Source: the human T2T-CHM13v2.0 reference genome, Homo sapiens. From it: a DNA stretch of 64,000 bases. Below the pieces are notes generated by a model. That model was not told where the DNA came from and made no database searches. It worked only from the letters and a program-made list of their open reading frames with translations. Numbering within the stretch: the first letter of the stretch is position 1; each line of letters opens with the position of its first letter. The stretch lies in assembly GCF_009914755.1 (NCBI RefSeq), contig NC_060929.1. One strand, given 5' to 3'. This document shows, one piece after another, positions 14,289-27,885 of the stretch. A program made the position numbers and the translations under genes.

Positions 14289-16049
14289 TGAAGCTTGTTC
14301 TTTGTAGACTCCTTAGAAAGTGTCCATGGGCACCATGAGGCCTAAGTTCTTGAATGTTCATAATAGGTAGTCTGCAGTCACTGCACTTGAATGTCAGCAA
14401 GGCTAAATATAAATGCTGTTGCTCACATTTTATTTTTTTAGGTTATTCACTTGTATTCTGACATAAGGTTTTGGCATCAAAAAGTAGGCAAGAAATCCAA
14501 TTTTCTTTCATTATGAGTCTCTGATTGAATGCTTAAGGACTTTTTCCTTTAAAATGTAATAGTTTATTAGAACATATTTTGTTTTGACCCCTCAGAGTTG
14601 ACTTTTCCAAACATTCAGTGCACTTCCTCGAGGTACCTTCTAATCATCTTTTAAGAACATTTTCTTGAATAGTAATTATCAGTACTATCAGTTTTGTTTT
14701 GTTCCATTGTTTTCTTCCTCAGAGATTCCTATTATAAGTTTGTTAGAACCTCTTTGCCTAACTCTCACTTTCTCTTAAATCCCTTTATCTCTATATTAAT
14801 TTCTTGTTGACTTAAGAATACTCTTTCCATCTTCTATTTCTTTTAAAGCAGTATTCATCCATTTCTTTTTAAAATCCATCTAGATTAAAATATATGTATG
14901 TATTTTTGGCATAAAAAACATTTATTTTGCTCGTAAGTCTGTAAATCAAGAAGGGTTTCATGGGTCAGCATAAAAACTTTTTATATTAGAATAGATTTTG
15001 ATTTACATAAAAGCTGGGAAGATAGTACTGAGAGTTCTCATATAGCCCATACCCAATTTCCCCTATTAACATCTTATATAATACAGTTGTCATAATTAAT
15101 GAAGCAATCCTGTTGCATTTATTATTCACTAAAGTCAACACTTTTTTCAGATTTTCTTAGTTTTTACTTTCTGTGTTTATTTCAGCATCCCATCCAGGAT
15201 ACAACATTACATTTAGTCATTATGTCTCCTCAGGCTCCATTTGGCTGTGACAGTTTTTCTGATTTCCCTTGTTTTTCATGACCTTAACAGTTTTGAGGAG
15301 GACTATTCAGGTATTTTTTATGAAGTTTCTCAATAGAGATTTGTCTGATGTTTTTCACTTAAGACTGAGATGATGGGTTTGGGGGAGGAAGATCACAGAT
15401 ACAAAGTAATATTTTCATTGCATCATATCGAAAGTACATACTATCAAATGATTTATCAATGTTGACACTGACCTTGATCACACGGCTAAGGTGGTGTGTG
15501 TCATATTTCTCCATTGTAAAGCTACTGCCCACTCCCTTCCCTTTTCACATAGAACTCTTTCGAAGGAAGTGTCTCTGTGAAGTCCACATTTAAGGAACAG
15601 TGAGTTAGGTTCAATCTCCTAGAGGGCAGAGAACCTACACAACAAATTAGTTAGAATTTTTCTGTATGGGATCTTTCTCTTTATTCCATTTATTTATTTA
15701 CTCATTTATTTCTGTGAGTATGGACTCATGGATATTTAAACTTTGGTAATAATTCAATAATTATTTTGTTACTCAAATTGTTCCAGCTTTGGCCACTAAG
15801 AATTCTTTGTTTGCTTTTACGTCCTTTTGACATACTCCCCAAATTGTGGGGTTTCACATTTTGTTTTGAGCGCTCCCTTTATGGCACAACAACATGCCTC
15901 AGTCCTAGAATAAACCATTTTTCCAAGACGCTTTAATTCCTTTTTGTGTGAAAATGATTTTAAAAATCATCAACTGGGTGCTGGGCATGCTCATTGCTAC
16001 TCCAGTGTTGTTGCTTCCAGGCCCTCTTGCTGACAGAGCAAGAAAAGTG

Positions 16050-16348
16050 TTTTGTTTTGTTTTTTTTTTTTGACTGAATCTCCCTGTCACCCAGGCTGGA
16101 GTGCAGTGGTGTGATCTTGGCTCACTACAACCTCTGCCACCTGGGTTCAAGTGATTCTCCTGTCTCAGCATCCTGAGTAGCTGGGACTATAGGCACATGC
16201 CACCATGCCTGGATAATTTGTTGTATTTTTAGTAGAGACGGGTTTTCGCCATGTTAGCCAGGATGGTCTCAATCTCCTGATCTCATGATCCACCCACCTT
16301 GGGCTCCAAAAGTGCTGGGATAACAGGCGTGAGCCACCACACCCAGCC
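16050..16348 (-). mobile_element. Alu (AluSc/Y-like)
   Basis: ttagccaggatggtctcaatctcctga; TSD agagcaagaaaa / agagcaaggaaa. Confidence 0.9.
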
Positions 16349-19300
16349 AGAGCAAGGAAATATTTTTTGCATATTAATTCATATAAATACATGTATCAAA
16401 AATATTTCTATGTATATATTCATTGATATTAAATAAAAGTACCTACAGTAGGCTAAACATGAGTTGATACTGATGTCTCAAACTCTAGTCCATTCCCACA
16501 TATTCTAGCTTTCTCCATTGTTTGTTTCTAACCACCCATTTCAACAGCAAGAAATCTGTCCTCACCATCCACCATCTATTGTTCAATTCCAGTATACGTG
16601 TACAGTGTCTCAGAACTGTTAACCCATATCCCCAGGGGAAACAACTTTACCAACTAGAGTACAGTTCTTCTGTGCAGTTCTTTTTGCCTTTAGTCTTACA
16701 GACTCCACTCATTTCCACAGCTTAGGTCAGCACCTTTGCTCCCTTAAGTTCAGTGACGCTGATGCATACATTCATCACAGTCTGCATTCCATCCCGGGAT
16801 ACCCCACTCTCCTACATGACTTTTTAAAAATTTGCACGCATTATAGTTCACTCTTTGTGTTGTAAAATTTTATAGGTTTTGATAAATGCATAGTGTCACG
16901 TATCCACCATTTCATTATCATATAGCATAGTTTTACCATCCTAAACCCCACCATCCCCCACTGTGCTTTATTCAACTTTCGGTTCCCTCTTCTGCTCTGA
17001 ATCCCTAGCAACCATAGATCTGGATTGTATAAGACTATGTTTAACTTTTTAAAAAGCTGCTAAACTGTGTTCCAAAGTGGTTGTACCATTTTGTATTACT
17101 GTCAGCAATGAATGAGAGTTCCTGTTACTCCACCTCACCAGCAATTAGCATTGTCAATTTTTTAAATTTTCACCACTGTAATAGGTGTGTAGTAGTATCT
17201 CACTACACACCTATTTGCATCACCCTAATGAAAGAAGCTGTTGAGTATGTTTTTGTATGCTTACTTGCCAGCTGTATATCCTCTTCAATGAAGTGCCTAT
17301 TTGAATCTTTTGTCCATTTCTTTCCTTTATAGGGGGAGAGTGGTATCTGCTTACTGTTGAGTTTTTAAATCTCTTTGTATATTTTGCATATAAATTCTTT
17401 ATCAGATACATGTTTTGAAAATATTTTCTTTATAGTTTTACATTTTACATGTAGGTCTATGAATCATCTCGACTTCAATTTTGTGTAAGATGTAAGATTT
17501 GTATCCAGATTCATTTTTCTGTATCAGCACCACTTGTTGAAAAGATTATTCCTTCTCCCTTGAATTATCTTTACACATTTGTCAAAAATCAGTTAACTGT
17601 ATTTGCATAGGTCTATTTCTGGGCTCGCTATTCTGTCCCGTTGATGTGTGTGTCTATTTTTTCACAAATATCATGCTGTCTGGATTACTATAGCTTTACA
17701 GTAAGTCTTGAAACTGGATAGTGTAATTTCTACAAGTTAGTTTTTCTTCAGTATTGTATTGGCAGTACTTATTTTGAAGTACTTCTATTGTTAAGTTCTT
17801 TTTTGAGTTCTTCACCCCTCCTTTCAAATCCTACATTTCTCTTATTAAATTTCTGAGTTTTTGAAATTCAGACTTATGTTGTTCTCTTATAATTTATATG
17901 TTCTTAAATTCTTCTAGCCAGTTTTCAACTATTCTATTACAGTTTATTTGCTTTGTGGGTATCTCCTTTTATATGTTTTCATTGTTTCTAAGAAAGTTCT
18001 GCTTCTCATACTTTTTCTTATTTAAAAACCTTTATATGGGCTTCAATCAGAATCCTTTTAACTGCTTATTTTTTAAGTGAAATAAATTTCCCTGTAGTTT
18101 TAGAATGGAGCAGTGAAATAGCTTTTTTTTTTTTTTTTTTTTTAAGATTTAAGACTCTAGAGCTCATTCTGGTTTTTGCAAAGCAATGAAAAACATGGCC
18201 TTGTATTTTCCAAGATTTGACTCTTCTGGTGAATTCTAACATTATACTTCTCAAGGAGTTCTCTTTTTATTTCTACTATTGTTCCTTTTCTGATCAACTG
18301 CTCCCAGAAGTTTCTTACCAATGTTAGACCTTTCCTAGGAAAAGAGCCTCATTTTTGTTTGAAGAGTTTATAGGCCCCAGAATGTTCCAAGTATTATCAG
18401 TCATTATTACATCATGGTTCCTTTGTACTTACCATGAATTGGATCTGATAGAACTCTCTTCTATATTTTGCAGCTTTTCTCAGATTGGCCACTGTATTTT
18501 CCAATGAGTAGAGATGGGTAATTTAAGGGATGCCCTCTTCTCAGGGTCCTAAGAACCGTAGCTGCCTTCCCTCTGCTTTCTCCCACACAGATGAGATACC
18601 ACAACAGTCTTGAAACCATCTACTGGGGATTCACTGAATTACTGCTCCAAATAATTTTATTGTAGATGTTGTGTATGTCTTTGGTTTTGCTGTCCTAGTT
18701 TTTCAGCATGTTTTTATTTGAGAGGTGAAATTTCCACTATTAAACCAACCTTGCCTTCTTTGAATAAGCTAAATTTGGTTGGAATATATTATCCTTTTCA
18801 CCTATAACTGAATTAATTTGCTAGTATTTTGTTAGGAAATTTGTAAAAATATTCATGAATCACATTGGTTTATATTTTTTTCTTGAAATGTCCTTACTGG
18901 GTTTTGTTCTCAAGGTTATGCTGGCTAAATAGACAAATGTTCATTCTTTTAACAGAATGAGTTTGTATTAAGTTGCTATACTTTATTCCTTAAAACTTTG
19001 TTAGAATTTATTGCTAAAGCCATCTGAGCCTAGATTTTTTGATGGAATGTTTTAAATATTTAATTTCTCTAATTGATATAAGACAGATTTTCTATTCCTT
19101 CCTGTTTCTATTTTCAATTTCATTTACTCTTTAAAATCATTAAGATACACTTGTTCAAAGTCTGCTCCTATTATCACTTTAATATTTATAATATCCATAC
19201 TAATATCCCCCTTTTTATTCTTCATGTTGGTAATTTAGTCTTTTGTGTTTTGATATGTCTTGTCAGTGTCTGTAATTTTAGTTGCTTCAAGAATTAGTTT

Positions 19301-20963
19301 GGCTTTTTAGAATTTTTCTATTATACATTCATTTCTATTTCTTATACTTCTGCTCTTAATAATTTCCTTTCTTCTGTTCTGTTGTTCTTGCCCTAACTTT
19401 GTAAGGAGGATATTTTAATCAAGATATGTGCTTCTTTTAAAATAGATACTATACATAATATATACCATGAATTGAATAATATAGCTTAAAGGCTATACAT
19501 TTTCCTCTGAGCATGGCTTTGGCTGCAGTCCACACATTGTGAGACATTGTATGTTTATTAACATTCAGAAAAATATGTTCTAATTTCCACTGTGATATGT
19601 TCTTCAACTCGGAGTATTTAGAGGTATATTACTGAATCTCAAAATATTTTGGATTTTTCTACTTTTCTTATTAACTTCTTGATTATTCCTGCTGACAGAG
19701 AACATGCTCCATATGATATCCTTTGGTATTTGTTGACTTGCTTTCTAGATCAGTATATAATAAAACTTTCATATGCCCTTGAAAAGATGTCTATTCTATG
19801 TTGTTTAGAGTGTTCTCTATATATCAGTTACATCAGGTTTACAAATATTGTTATTTAATATTCTATATTTTTACCAAGAATTGTACCTCCTTGTTCTATT
19901 AATTACCAAAAAGTGTATCTTAACTATGATTATAAATTTGTCTATTTTTTTTTTAGTTCTGTCAATATTTGCTTTCCATATTTTCAGGCTATGTTTTTAG
20001 ACACATACAAATACAGATTTGGTATATCTTCCTGGGATATTTCCTATTTTATCATTACAAAATTCCCTCTTTATATCTAATATATTTTCTTTAAAGTCTA
20101 TATTATCTTTAATAGAGTGACACTAACCTTTCGGTTAGTGTTTTCATGCTATCATTTTCTTTTTTTTTTTTTTTTACTTTCAAGTTTTCTCTATCCTTAT
20201 GTTTAATGTTATTCTTTTGTAAAAAGTATATTTTTGGTATTTTTTAAATACACTGACAATCTATGTTTTTTAATTGGAGAATTAGTGCATTTACATATAA
20301 GGTAATATGACATATTCATGTTTAAATGTATCATCTTTCTGTTTGTTGTCTATTTGTTCTATGTTCATTTTCCTTCCCTTTTATCCTTCATTTTAATTCA
20401 TATTTTGTATCATACTGTGCTCCTTTCCCCTGAGACTATCATAATTTTTTGGCTTTTTTTTTTTTAGAGGCTATGCTACAGATTTCAACATACATCTTTG
20501 ACTTAATAAGGCAATAAATATTAGCACTATTACTTCCTGAATAATTTAAGGATCTTAGAACATTTTAATTCCATTGACCCTTCCAATTTTGTGGTACTGT
20601 TTCTATTCTATTCTAAGCTTTTTTTGAACTTAAAAGTCAACTCCCATGTTTTTCTTGACATTGACTTTTTTAAAAGATCAGGGCAGCTGTCTCAAAGAAT
20701 ATCCCACTTACAAAGTGTGTTTGTTTCCTCTTGGTTTAACTTTTTCCTATATCCCATCCACTCTCTGGCAACCAGAAGTGAGATCCAGCTAAATTAGGTT
20801 TAGGTAAATATATTAAGCAAAGTACTTCGTAGGTGATACTTTGAGTTTCATGTTTTATCACATCATATTTTATGATAATTCTAACTTCACAGTATTCTTG
20901 CATCGATTACATGAGATGGTATATGTAAAGTGCCTGACATGCTATCTGACATATGATAAAGAG

Positions 20964-21166
20964 CAGAATTTCTCAACTTTGGCACTAGTGACATTTTGGG
21001 CTGAATAATTCTTTGTTGTAGGGCCGTCCTGTGCATTTAAAGATGTTGAGATATTCCTATACCCCATCGGCTGGGTGGCATCTCCCAGTTGTGACAATCA
21101 AAAATGTATCTAAACATTACCAAGTGTCCTCTGGAAGGCAAAATTAGGCCCAGCTTAGAATCACTT
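20964..21166 (-). mobile_element. MER20 (hAT-Charlie)
   Basis: tttctcaactttggcactagtgacattttgggctgaataattctttgttgt...gttgtgacaatcaaaaatgtatc. Confidence 0.8.
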
Positions 21167-21896
21167 ATATAGAACAAAAACTCAAGCGCTTTAATAAATA
21201 TTCCTCAAGCACTTACTGTCATGCCTCGCTCAAGTCTGTGAGATTAGGAGCTAAATGGGACATGAATCCTGACCTCAACAGTCATGGTTTGGGAAGAAAC
21301 AATCCAGAAAACAGGGAATTAAAATATGGTGTCATAAGTGGTGTGATAGGAAGACACCTGTGTTATGAGAGTAGGGGTACCTAACTTAGCCAGAGGCATA
21401 GGGTACTTTCATGGGGGAATAGAGAATTCTAAGTTGAGACCCAGAGGACAGACTTCCTTTCCCTTTCCCAGGAAGACCCAAGAGAACAAACCAATAATGA
21501 CTACTCAGAGTGGAAATAAACCCTCCAGAAATGAAGTATTATAACCCCTATTATTTCCAGGCTCTATCTTAGAATGTGATCAATAAAGATTTATCTATTA
21601 CAAAATACAAAGACACAGATAAGGTGAGCCAGGAGAAAGAGCTAGAAAGGCACAATCCACCGTCATATTATTAATAGCAAATGTATTATGTTTTCCAATT
21701 CTACATCTCCCAGTCTGTATGAAAACAGAACGAATAACCAAAACCAGATTAACGCCTATCAGGATTAATGTCACACACATCCCTTCTTGCTAACACTGAA
21801 AGGTATTATGAGAATGACTATTCAGCTGTGTATATGAACCCAGCTGCCTGTGTTTCTAATGTTCTTCCTGATTAAGTACTTCTTCAGATCACTTGC

Positions 21897-22333
21897 AATA
21901 GAAGTCAGAGATTGGCCAACTGTTCACTAAGCCTGTTTCCTCTACTTCCTGGGCACAAAGCTCAACTACCTTTCCTCCCGCCTCTGTAGTTTCCTGTGGC
22001 CACATGACTGAGTTCTAGCCCAAAGTATGTGAGACTGGAAGTGACATGTACTTCTTGAAATCTGCAAACTTCCCATGTGAAATTTTTCATGCTGTTTTCT
22101 CTTCTCCTGGCTTGATGCAGACAAACACTGGTACCTTGGAAGCCAAGATTTAAGGAGGGTAAAGTTGAGGAGAAGAAGAAGACTTTGTCCCTGAGTCTCC
22201 ACTTGGAGGAGAGAGGCCTTATCAGGAATGCCCATATTGGGTTTTACATGAATAAGTAAACGTCCACTGTGTTAAGTCACTGAGATTTGAGGGTTTATCT
22301 AGCACAGCAGCTAGCATTACCCCACCTAATACA
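21897..22333 (+). mobile_element. MLT1 (J-like) MaLR LTR
   Basis: tgtggccacatgactgagttctagcc...tgtgttaagtcactgagatttgaggg...ctaataca. Confidence 0.7.
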
Positions 22334-24204
22334 CCAACACGGAGAAATAATCAGGTTTCCTCTGCAACTGTAATCCATTCACTTCCCCAGACATGCATGG
22401 GTATTTCAGCCTTGTTCACCAAGCCAAAGAAAAGAGGCTTTGCCAAAATATTTCATCGATATTCCCTGGAGTTAAATGTTTATGCGAGAGGCTACTCTCA
22501 GGGCCCTTACTAAAGATCACACTTCATCTAGTATCTGCTGCACATGAGTATGAAAGAACATCATCTTTCATGTCAGACAGAAGTGGCTTTGAATCTTGGC
22601 TCCCCTCCTGACCATTCTTTGACTCAGTCTCTCTGGGTCTGTTTCTTCATCTGCAAAATGAGGGTAATTACACCTCATAGGAATTTTTGTGGCAATAAAA
22701 AAATACAAATAGCATGTAAAACACTGGCATAGTTCCTGGCATGTCCAAGGTACTCAATTAGTTCCTTCCCCAAAACCAGGAAATTAATGAATTGGGAATT
22801 GTTTTCACTCTTCTAATCAGAAGGCTAAGCAAGGGGTGGCCTTTTCACAAAGGACCACGTATTCATTTTTCTGTAGAAATGCTGAATATTTCATACAAAG
22901 GAACCAGGTTCAACAAATACTTTTATGTTCTCTTTGGTCTAAATAAGAAGAACTTGAGTGTTAAGAAACTTAAAAATAAACGTGTAAACAGAGACAACAT
23001 TCATTCTTTTTATAATTATTTTCCCTTGCAAGAAATAAATGTCATATTTTCAAACCAACACCAGCAGAACATATGCTGGGATTTGACCCAGAAGGAGAAC
23101 AATAAATGAGACGGTTCACACAACAGAGAGGGAGGAAAGCATTTTTCTGGGTAATACTAACTGACGTGCAATGGGGACCTTCCCTGTTCTTATGTGGCCC
23201 CAGATAAATTGACTCCAGGGGAAAAGATGGCACATCTCAAAGCTAACTAGTCAGGGACAAGCACACCACCTTACCCAAGCCCACCTCTGTAAATGAGATT
23301 TGGCAACCAGACAGGTAAACAGAACACAGTTCTTCTAGGGAAGCCGGCAGAGCCGTGAGCTGTTGCAGCTTCATCCCTCTGACTGCAGAAGAAAGAGGCT
23401 GAAATGTCAGGGCAACCAAGATTCAGAGAGAACTTTGAAGAGAGCCACCCACCAGCATGACTAAGTGCTCTTGGGGACAATCCCTGCTCAGAGGGCAGAA
23501 AGCAAATATCCAGATGTTATGAGCTGCCAGATGTGATTAACAGAAGAAAGGTGAAGTTGCCTACTTAACCATCTGAGCAGCTCTCCTCAAAGTAATCCAA
23601 GAGTTTTCTGCAAAAGTATTCATCAACAAAACAAATGGAGGCTCCAACCATCTTCCATTCCCATCCCTTTTCCTCTTTCCCTCTCATTGAGTCAGAACAG
23701 TGGCCTATTTTTAAACCACTGGCAATGCATTCTCTCGTGGAAACGTGGGGGCTTCTTGACACAGGCTGATGCTCACTCACAGGAGATACAAGCGCGCTGA
23801 AGGCTGCGCCCACTCACCAGTCCTTCCTCTCCCCGCAAGAGTGGGGCAGAGAACACTCAGGGAGGAGAAGGCCTCAGGAGGGAGCTTCTGCCCGTGCAGA
23901 GGACTAGGGACTATCTGATGCCAGATCTCATGGCAGGGATAACTGCAGACTTCCCTCCTCCGTGGAAGGGAAGGTTTACACTTGGGTAAAAACCAGCCCC
24001 TTATACAGGTACCAAGACAGAGCTCAAGCCTGAGAAGAAGGGAAACAAGCCCTGAAAGCTGATTCTAGCAACTTTTACAGAAAAGGAGTGTAAGTGGATC
24101 TCAGTGTTTCTTTAACATGCATCTAATGTGCCTTAAGTATAATAGCAAACATTCTATTTAAACACTGGAGACCTTTTTTAACAAGGTTATAAGGCCAATT
24201 TACA

Positions 24205-24230
24205 AAAACAAAACAAAACAAAACAAAAAA
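24205..24230. repeat. (AAAAC)n microsatellite
   Basis: aaaacaaaacaaaacaaaacaaaaaa about 50 nt into intron 3. Confidence 0.9.
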
Positions 24231-24279
24231 CACTAAATGTAAATAAATACTTTAAGAAAGGAGGCTGTACTGTACTTAC

Positions 24280-24351
24280 AGTCGCTCTAGCTGCTTCAGG
24301 TCCTGGAAGGCGCCTCTCTCGATGACGCTGACCTGGTTGTCTTCCAGATGC
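24280..24351 (-). CDS. SLIT3: SLIT3 coding exon 3 (72 nt, one LRR, phase 2-2)
   Basis: Minus strand ctctgtggttgtAG|G CAT CTG GAA...GAG CGA CT|GTAAGT encodes (L)[23 protein letters not shown](L), recognised as the SLIT3 N-terminal LRR domain. Confidence 0.98.
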
Positions 24352-26213
24352 CTACAACCACAGAGACAGCAATGACTAAGGACAAAGCTGGGCTCAGGGA
24401 CCCTCATACTAGGCTTCATGCCATGCAGGCATGGTCACTCAGCCCTTCCCATGATCGTCAGTGTCCCTTCAACTGGGATCAGTCTGATGGGACAAGATAA
24501 CTCATATCCCAGCTTGGTGTCACGGTAACCAGGGTTTTGCCGCCTGCACACTTCTACCTGACAGATTGGTTTCCATGCCTCTATTTTAAGAATGTTCTCA
24601 GTAAATGTCCCCCCAAGCACTGCAGGATGTTGCACAGAAAAGGAAGAGGTAAAAGCTGCTCTTTATAAAAACCACACATAGATTCAGCATCTCTTCCCTG
24701 GGAGCTCCCTCCTCCAAGGATTCAAAAATACTTCATTGAAAAGGGCCTTCCCAGCTCACCCTAGTAGAAAGGGTGAGGCTATTGTGAAACGACTGGCTGT
24801 CGCTAAGAAAACCAGCCTGGTCCCAGGAACTCCTCTCACTGAGACCCCAGCTAATCCCAATCTCATGATGATGGTCCTAAAAGATCAGGCTCCCTCCCTC
24901 CAGCCACACGCTTCACTCACCCGCCTCAGTCCTCCAAGCAGGTGATTACAAATCCTAAACACTCTGTATAAGTGAGTCTGGTTCACGCATAGAGTATATC
25001 CAAAGAATTTAGCATATAATGAAATGTTTGTTTCCCTAACTTAAAAAAAAAATGGCCGCTTAAATGGATGAGCTGAACAGCAGGGGAGAGAAACAATGAA
25101 GCTATGTAGCTTCCATTGGGGGCTGACCTTAGGCTGGGAAATGACACAGATTGCACATGGTGGCTGAATGGGACTTAACGGGGATGCAATTGTGATTGGA
25201 GAATGTTTCTTTAGAAAGTGGAGTTTCGGAAGGGCTATGGATTCCTCTGGATTACTCAGGAGGAGAGGTACCCACAAGCACCTAAGCAAATGGCAGATGG
25301 AGAGGAAGAGCAACCCTGGGAAGGCTGCATCTTTATATCAAACTGAATGCTCCATGACAGTCTCTCCCCATTAGATGTTTCATAACCTCCTGCACTTCTC
25401 AGCCTTAACACTTGGGCCCTTGTGTTTAGTTCCCAAGTCTATCTTCCCCACTATGCCTAAGGAGCAAGAAGATAGACATTCTGTCCATCATCCTACTCCC
25501 AGTCCTAACACAGTTGCCTAGCACAGCAGGCACTTCATAAATCCTTACTGAATGAATGAAAACCTATAGAAGACTTTGGGCCATGGCACACACCGATTGT
25601 ATATGTGTCTGGGACAGGTAACTGTTTCGTTTGGGCTCGATGATATTTTACATTTTTGTGAATTTGTTGCCAACAGTTGAAAATCAAGATATTTCACATG
25701 TACTCACACCCACACCCCGCAAAAGAAACTCCTTTTGACAAATCAGCTCTCACATTTCCAAATATCCATTGACCAGAAGTAGAACTGGTCAGGCGAGGGT
25801 CCCCAGCCCCACAGTTTGCCATGTCCTCATCTGCTCTGCTTCTCACATTTCTATTACTTCTGGCCCCTTACAAGCTCCTCACTTAACACCTATAGAAACG
25901 ATTGAAGGGAGAGGCTAAAAGACTTGCTCGAGGAGAAATTATTTATGCCAATTCCCACAGCCAGGTAGGGTGGGCCTTCTAACTCCCAGTCTGGTGAGCA
26001 TAGTAGATTTAGTTTAGAAGCCCTGTTTTGCTTGCACATTAGCTGATGATATAAGAGTGGGTTAACTAGCCAACCTCTCTCAGATTCAGTTTCTTCATTT
26101 GTAAAACAGAGAAAATAAAACACTGCAAAAGTTCTTACGAGAACAAAAATGGAATAAATAAGTAAATCATCTAGCCCAGGTTCTGCTATACAATTAGAGG
26201 CTTAAGAAATGTT

Positions 26214-26888
<675 letters not shown>

Positions 26889-27179
26889 TCACGCTAAATA
26901 GGGTCCCACTTCAACACTACTGACTGGAGGTTTGCTGAGCTAAGTTTTTACTATCCATCCACCAATCAAATCAGTCACAGACTTTGTAGTCATTATTTCC
27001 TTGCTGGATGACAAGGACCAACTCTAGGGTATTGTAAGTACCACATTCCCTCTGGGTTTCTGAGGGAGCCTAACCCAGCCCTTCTATAATGAATCTTAGT
27101 TCTGTGCTAATGAATCTAACACTTCAAGCTTCTTTCAGAGATGGGAATAGAAGAGATGCAAGGATATCTATATGAGATA

Positions 27180-27885
27180 CACCGTTTCCACCTTGTGCAG
27201 GCCCTGGAAAGCTGACTTTTATTGGCTTCATCAAGAAGTTTTTTTTTTCCCTCCAAGACAAGGTCTCACTTTGTCACCCACGCTGGAGTGCAGTGGTGCA
27301 AGGTGCTGGGACTATAGGCGCATGCCACCACACCCACCTAATTTTTTTTAGGAGGGGACATAGAGACAGGGTTTTACGATGTTGCCCAGCCTGGGCAGCC
27401 TTGTCCAGGCTGGTCTTGAACTCCTGAGCTCAAGCAATCCACCCACCTTGGCCTTCCAAAGTGCTGGGATTACAGGCGTGAGCCACCACATCTAGCCATC
27501 AAGACCATCAAGAAGTTTTTTGACTTCTGGATTCCTGTCAGGTTCAGCCAAAGAGAGTCACCGGCAGGAGATCAGAGGGTGGAGGAAGAGTGTGGTTGGG
27601 GGATTTACTCTTCTCCTTCCCTGCCAAGCCACTTCAGGCTGACTGCATCCCTCTACCTAAGACCACAGCTTCTGTCAAGCAGTCCCTACTTTTGCCAGGC
27701 TCTGATAACCACTTCCTCCCTGTGCTCCTTAAGGCCCAGGGGACAGTAGTGACCCCGTTTTGACTCTAGCCTCAAGGAACTACACTATCTCCTCTACGTT
27801 TCTCTTAATCTTGCCCACACCGCTAAATAAGTCTTCACTTCGCTCTCCTCATTTGCCCTCTTTTCTGCTGGGACCCTCACTGACC
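27180..27885. mobile_element. ERVL-type LTR remnant (LTR33-like) interrupted by Alu
   Basis: caccggcaggagatcagagggtggaggaagag...ggatttactc motif recalled from the LTR33 family. Confidence 0.5.
27239..27497 (-). mobile_element. AluJ-like with internal deletion
   Basis: gcagtggtgcaa is joined almost directly to gctgggactatagg (about 50 bp missing); TSD atcaagaagttttt. Confidence 0.88.
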
